The position numbers and the translations under genes were made by a program. A stretch of DNA of 64,000 nt from Anaerolineae bacterium. GTDB taxonomy: Bacteria; Chloroflexota; Anaerolineae; Aggregatilineales; Phototrophicaceae. The DNA is taken from the NCBI GenBank assembly GCA_022825675.1, contig JAJDWK010000096.1:11820-75819 (forward strand), read 5' to 3'. This document shows, one piece after another, positions 20,471 through 29,472 of the stretch; positions within the stretch are counted from its first letter, which is position 1; each line of letters starts with the position of its first letter. Under the pieces are notes generated by a model. It saw nothing but the letters and a program-made list of their open reading frames with translations, was not told the DNA's origin and did not search any database.

Positions 20471-20542
20471 AGCCTCCGATGAGATTTGAACTCATGACCT
20501 CGCCCTTACCAAGGGAGCGCTCTACCCCTGAGCTACGGAGGC
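20471..20542 (-). tRNA. tRNA-Thr (anticodon GGT)
   Basis: GCCTCCGTAGCTCAGGGGTAGAGCGCTCCCTTGGTAAGGGCGAGGTCATGAGTTCAAATCTCATCGGAGGCT. One mismatch in the anticodon stem. Confidence 0.8.
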
Positions 20543-20581
20543 AATGCCCCGCCCATGCAAGCGCGGCGGGGATGAAACAAG

Positions 20582-20664
20582 TGGGCCGGACTGGATTCGA
20601 ACCAGTGTAGGCTCTCGCCAGCGAATTTACAGTCCGCCCCCTTTAGCCACTCGGGCACCGACCC
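20582..20664 (-). tRNA. tRNA-Tyr (anticodon GTA), long variable arm
   Basis: GGGTCGGTGCCCGAGTGGCTAAAGGGGGCGGACTGTAAATTCGCTGGCGAGAGCCTACACTGGTTCGAATCCAGTCCGGCCCA. Confidence 0.9.
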
Positions 20665-20687
20665 ATTTGATTCGGCTGTTAAGCCCT

Positions 20688-20759
20688 AGCCACCACTGGG
20701 ATTCGAACCCAGAACCCCCTGTTTACAAAACAGGCGCTCTGCCATTGAGCTATGGTGGC
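20688..20759 (-). tRNA. tRNA-Thr (anticodon TGT)
   Basis: GCCACCATAGCTCAATGGCAGAGCGCCTGTTTTGTAAACAGGGGGTTCTGGGTTCGAATCCCAGTGGTGGCT. Confidence 0.9.
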
Positions 20760-21001
20760 GCGAGCGCAGTCTACCATAGCAACAGAGCCTGCTCAAGGTT
20801 AGTTTCCCATGATGCGCGCTGATTGTAGGGACGGGCTGGCGGCATGTCAAGGGCGAAGGGCGAGCCTGTGGCACTTATATCCGCCGACATCCCGCAAGGA
20901 ATCCCAAGCCCAAACAGGGGAAGGGAAAACTGCAAATGCGCAGTCAAGAATCCCTCCCTCATATTATTGAGGGAGGGGTTTGGGGTAGGGTAAGCTAACC
21001 T

Positions 21002-21799
21002 CTAGCGGCGCCAGCCCGGACGACGCCCGCGCCGACCGTCAGTTGTCACCAGCGATTCCGCGCTCATGTACTGCGATTGGTAGGCGTAGGCTTCCATCTG
21101 CATGGCGCTGGATTGCGCCGCGAGCACCATCGCGCAGCCTTCGCTGAAGCAGCGCAGCACATCATCGCCCGGTCCTGTCTGCGTCAAGACGATTTGCGTG
21201 CGCTCGGCAACTTTGAGATGCTGCTCGGATTCGTGCAGGGCTTGCCGGGATTGATAAACGAAAGAGCCGCCTTCACCAGCGCCCGCCACCTGCGTCTCGG
21301 AAGCGGCGAAGAGCTCGCGCTTGCTCGCTTGCAGGACGCGCTCAGTAGTCACGACCATGCTGAGCTTGGGCTGCTGCTGATAACGCTCCAGCGCCGATTC
21401 GGCTTCACGCCGCGCCAAGGCTTCTTGCTCGAGCTGATCGGTCTGCTCCGCCAGGGCGGTAACCGCTTGGCGGAAGCCATTGCTCAGCCGCGCCTTTTGT
21501 TCGAGCAGGCGGTCGATTTGCGCGTCAGCAAATCGGAGCGACTGCGCGCTCTTGTGCAGCGCAAACGCTTGCGAATCCAGCGTTTGCTGCGCTTTGTGGA
21601 GCTCGCCGCGCGCCGAGGCCAGGTCATCCTGCGTGGCGATGAGCTCCATTTGGCTGGCGGCCAAGGCATGATGCAGCGCGGAAAACTCGCTCATCACTTT
21701 ATCGACCCCGCCAGCGACCATCAGCGCGATGATGGCGCAGGCGATTGTCAAGCCGAGCAGCCGCGACCAGAACGATGAACTTCGTTTACTATGTTTCAT
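21002..21799 (-). CDS. Hypothetical membrane-anchored coiled-coil protein
   Basis: Start at MKHSKRSS with SD GGAGGG 4 nt upstream; one TM, then a long Gln/Ala/Leu-rich coiled coil. No family recognised. Confidence 0.55.
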   Translation of the reverse strand: MKHSKRSSSFWSRLLGLTIACAIIALMVAGGVDKVMSEFSALHHALAASQMELIATQDDLASARGELHKAQQTLDSQAFALHKSAQSLRFADAQIDRLLEQKARLSNGFRQAVTALAEQTDQLEQEALARREAESALERYQQQPKLSMVVTTERVLQASKRELFAASETQVAGAGEGGSFVYQSRQALHESEQHLKVAERTQIVLTQTGPGDDVLRCFSEGCAMVLAAQSSAMQMEAYAYQSQYMSAESLVTTDGRRGRRPGWRR

Positions 21800-21922
21800 G
21801 TCGCCCTCCAAATACATGATTTTCTTTTCACCCAAGCGCCGGATACGCAGGCACCAGGGGATGTTGCCCTTTAGTGTATCGCATTAGTTTTGGCAATGCC
21901 AACAATTTGACCGTTTTCGTCG

Positions 21923-22783
21923 TCAATTGGGCTGTTGGGGTCGCGGATAGTCGGCTGCCGCCCACACCTTCGCGATAGTGTGGAACTCTCCGTTTTCACC
22001 GAAGCGGTCCAAGCCTGGCGGCAATTGCATCATCACCTCGCGGTCGAAGCGCTCGCCCACGGCGAGAGCGCCCCGCGCCGCCGCCGTCACCGCGGAGACC
22101 TCGCAAGGGACGGCGCTCGCCTCCAGGTCCGCCATCAAAGTTTCGTAAGGCAACTGCCAAATGGGGAAATACAGGGTTGCGCCGCGGCTCTCCGCGATTT
22201 CTCGGAATGCTTCCGTACGCCACTCACGAACATGTTCCAGATGCAAATCGCCGAAGACGAAGCGGGCGATTGCGGGCATCAGCTTGATGGCGTCGGCGAT
22301 GCGCGCTTCGTAGGCGGCGCTGGGATAGAGGGGGATGCCCAACAGCGGCAGCCGCAGGTGTTCGGCTTGGCGTTTCACCAGCTGCAGGCGCAGCTCTTGA
22401 TGAGCGACGATCTCGCTGGCGGCGTCAAATGTCGTCAGAAGAACTATCGGGCGCGCGCGCTCGCGCTTGAGGGCGCGATAGGCGAGAAAGCTATCCTTGC
22501 CTCCGCTCCAGAAGAGCAAATCGGCGGGGTCGGCTGGGGGGCGCTGACGGGTCAGCCAACGGGGAGGCGTGACCGCCGGGGCGACTTGCCCCGGCGTGTA
22601 GGGGCAGTGGCGGCAACCGCTGCCGCAGCATTTGCCCCGCTGGCGCAAGCCGAACTCGGTGAAGACCGCCAGCCCGCTGTCTGGATCGGGGTAGAATGTC
22701 TCCCGCTTGCGGGATGCCGCGTCATGGATGCGCTGCCAGCGGGCGGGTTCACGGGATGGGCGCGTCAAATGCGGGCGGGGCAT
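21923..22783 (-). CDS. Fusion protein: Cys-rich CCGSGCRHCPY module (DUF5522-like) plus Dph6/MJ0570-type PP-loop ATP pyrophosphatase
   Basis: N-terminus ...FYPDPDSGLAVFTEFGLRQRGKCCGSGCRHCPY; then LLFWSGGKDS (SGGKDS PP-loop). The ATG overlaps the sdhB stop (TGATG). Confidence 0.7.
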   Translation of the reverse strand: MPRPHLTRPSREPARWQRIHDAASRKRETFYPDPDSGLAVFTEFGLRQRGKCCGSGCRHCPYTPGQVAPAVTPPRWLTRQRPPADPADLLFWSGGKDSFLAYRALKRERARPIVLLTTFDAASEIVAHQELRLQLVKRQAEHLRLPLLGIPLYPSAAYEARIADAIKLMPAIARFVFGDLHLEHVREWRTEAFREIAESRGATLYFPIWQLPYETLMADLEASAVPCEVSAVTAAARGALAVGERFDREVMMQLPPGLDRFGENGEFHTIAKVWAAADYPRPQQPN

Positions 22784-23526
22784 CAGTGAATCGCATGAGG
22801 TTGCACAATGCCAACGGTTGACCGTTTTCGTATCGCCAATTTGACTTCGCCGATGGCTTTGGTAACTTCTATATCCCGCGGGCAGGCGGGCGTGCAATTG
22901 AATATCGTGCGGCAGCGCCAGACGCCATTGGGCTCGCCGAGGATGTTGAGCCGCTCCTGCCCTGCCTGGTCGCGCGTATCAAAGATGAAGCGGTGCGCCT
23001 GCACGATGGCGGCGGGACCAACATAATGCCCATTCGCCCAAAAGCTGGGGCAAGAAGTGGTGCAGCAGGCGCAGAGGATGCACTTGGTGCTGTCATCAAA
23101 AAGTTCGCGGTCGGCTTGGGTTTGCAAGCGCTCGCGCCCATCTGCGGGCAGGGGACTGTCGTTGACGAAGTAAGGCATCACCCGCTTGTAATGGTCGAAG
23201 AAAGGCTCCATATCAACGATGAGATCTTTGACCACCGGCAGCCCCAGAATCGGCTCAATTTGGATGCGCTCGCCAAGATCGCGCACGAGGATTTTGCAAG
23301 CCAGCCGATTGACGCCGTTGATGCGCATGGCGTCAGAGCCGCAGATGCCATGCGCGCAGGAACGGCGCAGCGACAATGTCCCGTCCTGCTCCCATTTTAT
23401 GCGATGCAGCATCTCAAGAATGCGGTCAGTCGGCTCGACATCCGCCAGGACAAATTCTTGCCAGTAGGGCTTTTCCTTGCCGGGCACCTCGGGGTTTTGC
23501 CGTTTGATTTTGAAAGTTACCTTCAT
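22783..23526 (-). CDS. sdhB: Succinate dehydrogenase/fumarate reductase iron-sulfur subunit
   Basis: CAHGICGSDAMRINGVNRLAC (2Fe-2S), CILCACCTTSCPSFW (4Fe-4S), CRTIFNCTPACPRDI (3Fe-4S). Confidence 0.9.
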   Translation of the reverse strand: MKVTFKIKRQNPEVPGKEKPYWQEFVLADVEPTDRILEMLHRIKWEQDGTLSLRRSCAHGICGSDAMRINGVNRLACKILVRDLGERIQIEPILGLPVVKDLIVDMEPFFDHYKRVMPYFVNDSPLPADGRERLQTQADRELFDDSTKCILCACCTTSCPSFWANGHYVGPAAIVQAHRFIFDTRDQAGQERLNILGEPNGVWRCRTIFNCTPACPRDIEVTKAIGEVKLAIRKRSTVGIVQPHAIH

Positions 23527-23991
23527 GCCTTCAAGTCCCGTCTATATGCGGATATTGACATTAAACACCAGAAGATAGAGTGAAAATACAATGCAAGCCG
23601 CCAAAATAACGCGGTTTTCTCTTGATAGCAAGCGGACGAAGTATTCGATTTTCACGGCTTCTCTCAGCACTGTGCGCAACACTATCAGCAGACAGTATTG
23701 CAAGACCAGGAAGAAATACTGAATATGCAAATAGATATAGCGTATGAACAAGCGGAAGATTCGACCTTGGCTGCGGATGATGTTGACGATGGGTCTATCT
23801 TGCATGGCAGGCTTCTCTAGCTATTTGGCAAAGGCGCTGGGAATGACGCTCGCTTGTTCCGTGTGAAGCTTAGGTGGCATTATGCTCTAAAATCACTTGC
23901 CGCGCAAACCTGCTTTTGGCGGAGCCTACACTTACCCGCGAGCGCCTGTGCTATACTAGCGCTATCGAATTTCCAGCAGCGAGGGCAGCCC

Positions 23992-25329
23992 GTGAGCACA
24001 GTCATCCAGATTAAAGACATCGCCGAACACGAGGGGCAGGAAGTCACCCTGCGCGGCTGGGTGCATCGGCGCACGGGCAAGGGGCGGCTGCAATTCATCC
24101 TGCTGCGCGATGGCAGCGGGCAGGCGCAGTGCGTCGCCTTCAAGCGGGAGCTGGACGCGGCGCAGTTTGAAATTGCCCGCGGGCTCTCACAGGAATCGGC
24201 GGTTGTCATCCAGGGCGAAGTGCGCGCCGATGAGCGCGCGCCCGGCTTCCCTGGCGGTTACGAAATTGGCATCAAGCGGCTGGAATTGCTGCAGCAGGCG
24301 GCTGAGTACCCCATCAGCCCCAAAGAGCATGGCACCGAATTCTTGATGAACCACCGCCATCTGTGGCTGCGCAGCAATCGCCAATGGGCAATCCTGCGCA
24401 TCCGCGCCACCATCATCAAGGCGATGCGCGACTGGCTGGATGACCAGGGTTTCCTGCTGGTTGATACGCCGATAATCAGCCCCGCCGCTGGCGAAGAGAC
24501 GACAACCCTGTTCGAGCTGGATTATTTCGGCGAATCGGCATATCTGGCGCAGACGGGGCAGCTCTACAACGAAGCGAATATCATGGCATTTGGCAAGGTT
24601 TATTGCTTCGGTCCCACATTTCGCGCCGAAAAATCCAAGACGCGCCGGCATTTGATAGAGTTTTGGATGCTGGAGCCGGAAATCGCCTTCTGCAGCCTGG
24701 AAGAATTGATGCAGATTGAAGAGCAGCTGGTGGTATACGCTGTCGAGCAGGTGCTGACGCAGCGCCAGCAAGAGCTGGCTATCATCGGGCGCTCGCTGGA
24801 GAAGCTGGAGGCAATCCAGGCGCCCTTCGCCCGGATCACTTATGATGAGGCGGTCGCGCGCTTACAAGCGCTCAGCAGCGAGTGTGATGACCCGGCGCTG
24901 CGGGCGGAGCTCAGCATTGAATGGGGCGAGGATTTTGGCAGCCCGCAGGAAACGGCGCTGGCGGACAGCTTTGACCGCCCCGTCTTCGTCACCCACTATC
25001 CATCGGCGATCAAAGCCTTTTATATGACGCCGCTGGAAGGCCGCCCGGAAGTCTGCCGCAGCGTCGATTTGCTGGCGCCCGAGGGCTATGGCGAGATAAT
25101 CGGCGGCAGCGAGCGCATCCATGACCTGGCGCTGCTGGAGCGGAATATCGAGGCGATGGGCTTGGGGCGCGAGGCGTATGAGTGGTATCTCGACCTGCGC
25201 AAGTTCGGCAGTGTGCCGCATGCCGGCTTCGGCATCGGCATCGAGCGCACAGTCGCCTGGATTTGCGGCTTGAGCCATGTGCGCGAGACAATACCCTACG
25301 CCCGCCTGCTCAACCGCAAATACCCCTGA
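23992..25329 (+). CDS. asnS: Asparagine--tRNA ligase
   Basis: GTG start after GAGGGCAG. Class IIb motifs [57 protein letters not shown] resemble AsnRS rather than AspRS. Confidence 0.85.
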   Translation: MSTVIQIKDIAEHEGQEVTLRGWVHRRTGKGRLQFILLRDGSGQAQCVAFKRELDAAQFEIARGLSQESAVVIQGEVRADERAPGFPGGYEIGIKRLELLQQAAEYPISPKEHGTEFLMNHRHLWLRSNRQWAILRIRATIIKAMRDWLDDQGFLLVDTPIISPAAGEETTTLFELDYFGESAYLAQTGQLYNEANIMAFGKVYCFGPTFRAEKSKTRRHLIEFWMLEPEIAFCSLEELMQIEEQLVVYAVEQVLTQRQQELAIIGRSLEKLEAIQAPFARITYDEAVARLQALSSECDDPALRAELSIEWGEDFGSPQETALADSFDRPVFVTHYPSAIKAFYMTPLEGRPEVCRSVDLLAPEGYGEIIGGSERIHDLALLERNIEAMGLGREAYEWYLDLRKFGSVPHAGFGIGIERTVAWICGLSHVRETIPYARLLNRKYP

Positions 25330-25335
25330 GGCGCT

Positions 25336-26706
25336 TCACTCCCGCGGCAGGGCGATGCGCAGCGCCTCCGCCAGGCTGCGCGCCTCAAGCAGGCTGATGC
25401 CCGTAATTGCCTTGCGATTATCGCGGGGCAGCCGCGGTGCCAGCGCGCGCTTGAAGCCGATTTTGCGCGCTTCGTTGAGGCGCGCCTCCAGCTGTCCCAC
25501 GCGCCGCAGCTCGCCGCTCAGCCCGACTTCGCCGACAATCGCCAAATCCGCTGGCAGCGGGCGATCGTAATAGCTGGAGGCGATTGCCAGCGCCATCGCC
25601 AAGTCCAGCGCCGGCTCGCGGATGCGCAAGCCGCCGATGACATTAACAAAGATGTCCTGCTCCCAAAGTTTCAAGCCGACGCGTTTGCTGAGCACGGCGC
25701 TAATCAGCAGCAGGCGGTTCATGTCGACGCCATTGGGCGTGCGGCGCGGATTGCCAAAAGCGGTCGGGCTGGTCAAGGCTTGCAGCTCCACCAGCAGCGG
25801 GCGGCTGCCTTCCATGGTGACGGCGATAGCGGAGCCGGAAGCGTTGATAACGCGCTCTTCCAGGAAAATCTGCGATGGATTTGTCACCTCGCTCAAGCCG
25901 CTGTCCCGCATTTCAAAGACGCCGACTTCGCTGGTCGCGCCGAAGCGATTCTTGACGCCGCGCAGCAGCCGATATTGCTGGAAAGGGTCGCCTTCGAGGT
26001 AGAGCACGATATCCACAATATGCTCCAGCACGCGCGGGCCGGCGATGCTGCCCTCTTTGGTAACATGCCCGATGAGCAAGATGCTGACGGCGCTCGCCTT
26101 CGCCAGCCCCTGTAATTTGCCGGCGCATTCACGCACTTGCGCAACCAAACCGGGCGAGCCCGTGACCTCGGCGCTGCGCATGGTTTGCATGGAATCTATC
26201 ACCACCAATGCCGGCTTGACCGCGTCAATCTGCGCGGAAATGCTGTCCAGGTCAGTCTCCGCCAAGAGGAAGAGTTCTGCCTCGTCCAGCCCGAGCCGCC
26301 GCGCCCGCAATTTGATTTGGCGCAGGCTCTCTTCGCCGCTGATGTAGAGCACGCGCGTGCCCTCCGCCGCCAGCGCCGCCGACAATTGCAATACCAGTGT
26401 GGACTTGCCGATGCCAGGCTCGCCGCCCAGAAGTATCAAACTGCCCGGCACCAGCCCGCCGCCAAGCACGCGGCTGAACTCCTGCAGGGGCACTGCCAGC
26501 CGCGCCGCCGCCTCCAAGCTGACTTGACGCAGCGGAATCGCCGTGGACGGCTCGCCGCTGGCTTCACGGCGCTTGACGGCGGTACGGGGTTCTTCGACAT
26601 GCTCCACCATCGTGCCAAATTCGCCGCATTGCGGGCAGATTCTGAAGAAGCCAGCGCTGCGCTTGCCACAGTTGGAGCAGACATAAGCGCTGCGTTTTTT
26701 GCTCAT
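25336..26706 (-). CDS. radA: DNA repair protein RadA/Sms
   Basis: MSKKRSAYVCSNCGKRSAGFFRICPQCGEFG zinc finger; GGEPGIGKST Walker A; KNRFG motif; Lon-like C-terminus. Start moved to the internal ATG. Confidence 0.95.
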   Translation of the reverse strand: MSKKRSAYVCSNCGKRSAGFFRICPQCGEFGTMVEHVEEPRTAVKRREASGEPSTAIPLRQVSLEAAARLAVPLQEFSRVLGGGLVPGSLILLGGEPGIGKSTLVLQLSAALAAEGTRVLYISGEESLRQIKLRARRLGLDEAELFLLAETDLDSISAQIDAVKPALVVIDSMQTMRSAEVTGSPGLVAQVRECAGKLQGLAKASAVSILLIGHVTKEGSIAGPRVLEHIVDIVLYLEGDPFQQYRLLRGVKNRFGATSEVGVFEMRDSGLSEVTNPSQIFLEERVINASGSAIAVTMEGSRPLLVELQALTSPTAFGNPRRTPNGVDMNRLLLISAVLSKRVGLKLWEQDIFVNVIGGLRIREPALDLAMALAIASSYYDRPLPADLAIVGEVGLSGELRRVGQLEARLNEARKIGFKRALAPRLPRDNRKAITGISLLEARSLAEALRIALPRE

Positions 26707-26743
26707 GGCGGAGGCTTCTCCTTCGTCATGCGCCGCTGGGGTT

Positions 26744-28174
26744 TCACGGACTGACCACTCGCTCACAGCGGGCGAAATCCCCATGACTGTAGAATAGCTC
26801 GATGCAGGCATGCAGCAGCCTGCCGACCAATTGATGCCCGGCGCTGTTCCAATGCACATCCTCGCCGCCGGCATAATCGCGCTGCAGCCCCAGCGCGTCA
26901 ATCGGATTGAAGTAGGGGATAGCCAAAGATTCGAAGAGCGCGATAGCGGCGTTGAATTGCGCGCCGGGCGCCGCCAAATCCGCCTTGGAGGGTATCAGCA
27001 TGATGAGCAGGGCACTGTCCTGCGCCGCTGCCGCCGCTTGTAAGTCCGTCAAATAGCCCCGCGTGAGCGCGATTTTGCGCTGGAAGAGCGAACGCTGGGC
27101 GAAGCCCAATTGCTTGCCCGCATTCTCCAGCGAGCGCAGAAAAAGCGAACCCAGCCGCGTCAAGCCGGCTATGCGCTCAAACTCGTTGACGGGCGCTTCG
27201 ACGCCATGCAGGCGATAATAGAGCGCTGTATGCCCCGCCAGTTTTGTGGTGTTGCCCCAGGGGTCTACATGATATTGCTGCACGGAGAAGGTATCGCCAT
27301 CTTCGTCAATGCCAACAAAATAGCCATCAACTGGACTTAGATTGTCTTCAAAATCATTTGTGTAGAAGCCGTAGATTGTGAGCTGCGGCTGCAATATCGG
27401 CGCCACGCGGCGGAAAGCGGCGAGCGCCTGGTTCGTGCCGGTGCTGGAAATGCCGGTATTCCAGACCAGCGCCGCCGGCATCAGCGCCTCGATAGTTTCG
27501 ATGTAGGATGCGCCGATAGCCGCCGACAAGCCAAAGGTGAAGGAATCGCCCAGCGCCAGGATGCGCCGCCGCGTCCTATCGCCCTCGCTGAGGGCAAATT
27601 CCTGCCGGTCGTGATAACCCATTTGATTCACGATGCAGCGGCGGTCTTGCATGCTGCCCGCTTGGCAAGCCGCCGCCATCGCCTCGGCGATGAAATGGCA
27701 GCCTTGCTCGCCACAGGTCCACCAGGGCGCGGGCTGGAGGGCGTCCGTCGGCACCTCCGCCGGATAATAGGTAGGGTAGCCACTGGCAATCAGCGCTAGT
27801 TCCAGCGCCGCCAGCGTCAGCAGGGTGAGCAGCAGCGCCTTGCCCAAAACGGGCAGCAGCTTGCCCCCGCCGCGACCCAGCCAGCGGCGCGCCAGGGATG
27901 CCAACAGCGCCAGCGCCAGCCCGCCAGCCAAGGCGGCAATCTGCAGGGAATGGAAGCCGGGGCGCGAGCCTGGCAACAGGTCAAATGCCAGGCTGGCGGC
28001 GGCGATGATTAAGCCAAGCGCAATCAGCGCGCGGAAGCCAAGCTGGCGGCGGGATGAGGCGCGTTCGGCAGCTGCCAAGGTACATGCCCGTAACTTGCTG
28101 GCAAAAAGCTGCTGCCAGTGTACAGCCCTGGCGGTGGCGGCGCAAGCTGTAGCGATTGCCCGCGCCACCAGCAT
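26744..28174 (-). CDS. Membrane-anchored SGNH/GDSL-like hydrolase
   Basis: N-terminal TM helices, block I ILALGDSFTFG, C-terminal DVHWNSAGH (DxxH). Start uncertain (ATG at 28174 chosen; the track ORF extends to 28330). Confidence 0.65.
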   Translation of the reverse strand: MLVARAIATACAATARAVHWQQLFASKLRACTLAAAERASSRRQLGFRALIALGLIIAAASLAFDLLPGSRPGFHSLQIAALAGGLALALLASLARRWLGRGGGKLLPVLGKALLLTLLTLAALELALIASGYPTYYPAEVPTDALQPAPWWTCGEQGCHFIAEAMAAACQAGSMQDRRCIVNQMGYHDRQEFALSEGDRTRRRILALGDSFTFGLSAAIGASYIETIEALMPAALVWNTGISSTGTNQALAAFRRVAPILQPQLTIYGFYTNDFEDNLSPVDGYFVGIDEDGDTFSVQQYHVDPWGNTTKLAGHTALYYRLHGVEAPVNEFERIAGLTRLGSLFLRSLENAGKQLGFAQRSLFQRKIALTRGYLTDLQAAAAAQDSALLIMLIPSKADLAAPGAQFNAAIALFESLAIPYFNPIDALGLQRDYAGGEDVHWNSAGHQLVGRLLHACIELFYSHGDFARCERVVSP

Positions 28175-28253
28175 ATCTCTAGCATAAGCGTAACTTCCTT
28201 GTAAGATGCAGGGCTTAGGCTCAACGGTATTCACGGAATTTGGAGAGCAAGGC

Positions 28254-29426
28254 ATGCTAAAGCGAATTCGACCCAATCCGCTGCTGCTGTTTACCTTTGC
28301 CCCGCTGATTCTGCTGCTCTTGATAGCCAATCTGCCCTCCCCCGAGGTCTCTCAAGCCGAGCGGTCCTGCGCGCCCCAGCACCTGAGAACTGTCAATTGG
28401 AGCACCGATTTCTGCAACAGCGCTGTTGATTATGCCGACATATTGGTGGGCAATCCGACAAAAGATGGCATCCCCGCTTTGAGCGAGCCGCGGCTGGAAT
28501 CCATTGAAGAAGCGGCGGAGTGGCTGGTCGAGCGCTCGCCCGTCATCGCGCTTGCCCTGGGCGAAGAAGCGCGCGCCTATCCCCTGGCAATTCTGATGTG
28601 GCACGAAATTGCCAACGACAGCATCGGCGGCATACCAGTAGCCGTGACCTTTTGCCCGCTCTGCAACAGCGCCATCAGCTTCGACCGCCGCGTTGATGGC
28701 ATTGAGCTGGAATTTGGCGTCAGCGGTTTGCTGCGTAACAGCGACCTCATAATGTATGACCGCGAGACCGAATCCTGGTGGCAGCAATTGACGGGCGCGG
28801 GCTTGGCGGGCGCATATACCGGCGCGGCGCTGGATATCCTGCCCTCCCAACTGCTTAGCTTCGGCGCTTTTGCCGAGCGTTACCCGGCGGGATTGGTGCT
28901 ATCCCGCGATACTGGCTACAGCCGCCAATACGGCATCAACCCTTACAACGGCTATGACAGCCGCGCTGGGCAGCCCTTCCTCTTCCGCGGCGCGGTGGAC
29001 CCGCGGCTGCAATCGCCAGTTGCGCGGGTGCTGGCGGTCGCGCTTGATGATGTCGCCAAAGCCTATCCCTTTGCGCTGCTGCGCGAGCGGCTGGCGCTCA
29101 ATGATCAACTGGGCGAGGTGCCGGTTGTCATCTTCTATCAGAGCGGGGTCGCCAGCGCTTTGGACGAGCGCGCCATCGATACCGCGCGCGATGTCGGCAG
29201 CGCCGGCATGTACCGCGCGGAAGTGGATGGGCAGCGGCTGACTTTCCACAGCGAGGCGGCGGGCGGCTTCCGCGATGCCGAGACCGGCAGCAGTTGGAAC
29301 GCCTTTGGCGAGGCGATTGCCGGCGAGTTATCCGGCGCGCAGCTGCAATGGATTGACGCCTTCCCGCATTTTTGGTTTGCCTGGGCGGCATTCTACCCAG
29401 AAACGGAACTGTATACCCTGCCCTGA
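28254..29426 (+). CDS. Secreted DUF3179 domain protein (paralogue 1)
   Basis: Signal/TM MLKRIRPNPLLLFTFAPLILLLL; hallmark VAVTFCPLCNSAISFDRRVDG...FGVSGLLRNSDLIMYD...WWQQLTG. Confidence 0.8.
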   Translation: MLKRIRPNPLLLFTFAPLILLLLIANLPSPEVSQAERSCAPQHLRTVNWSTDFCNSAVDYADILVGNPTKDGIPALSEPRLESIEEAAEWLVERSPVIALALGEEARAYPLAILMWHEIANDSIGGIPVAVTFCPLCNSAISFDRRVDGIELEFGVSGLLRNSDLIMYDRETESWWQQLTGAGLAGAYTGAALDILPSQLLSFGAFAERYPAGLVLSRDTGYSRQYGINPYNGYDSRAGQPFLFRGAVDPRLQSPVARVLAVALDDVAKAYPFALLRERLALNDQLGEVPVVIFYQSGVASALDERAIDTARDVGSAGMYRAEVDGQRLTFHSEAAGGFRDAETGSSWNAFGEAIAGELSGAQLQWIDAFPHFWFAWAAFYPETELYTLP

Positions 29427-29472
29427 AGCAGGCGCATATCGCGCCGAGTAGACGATACAAAAAGGAAATCCC

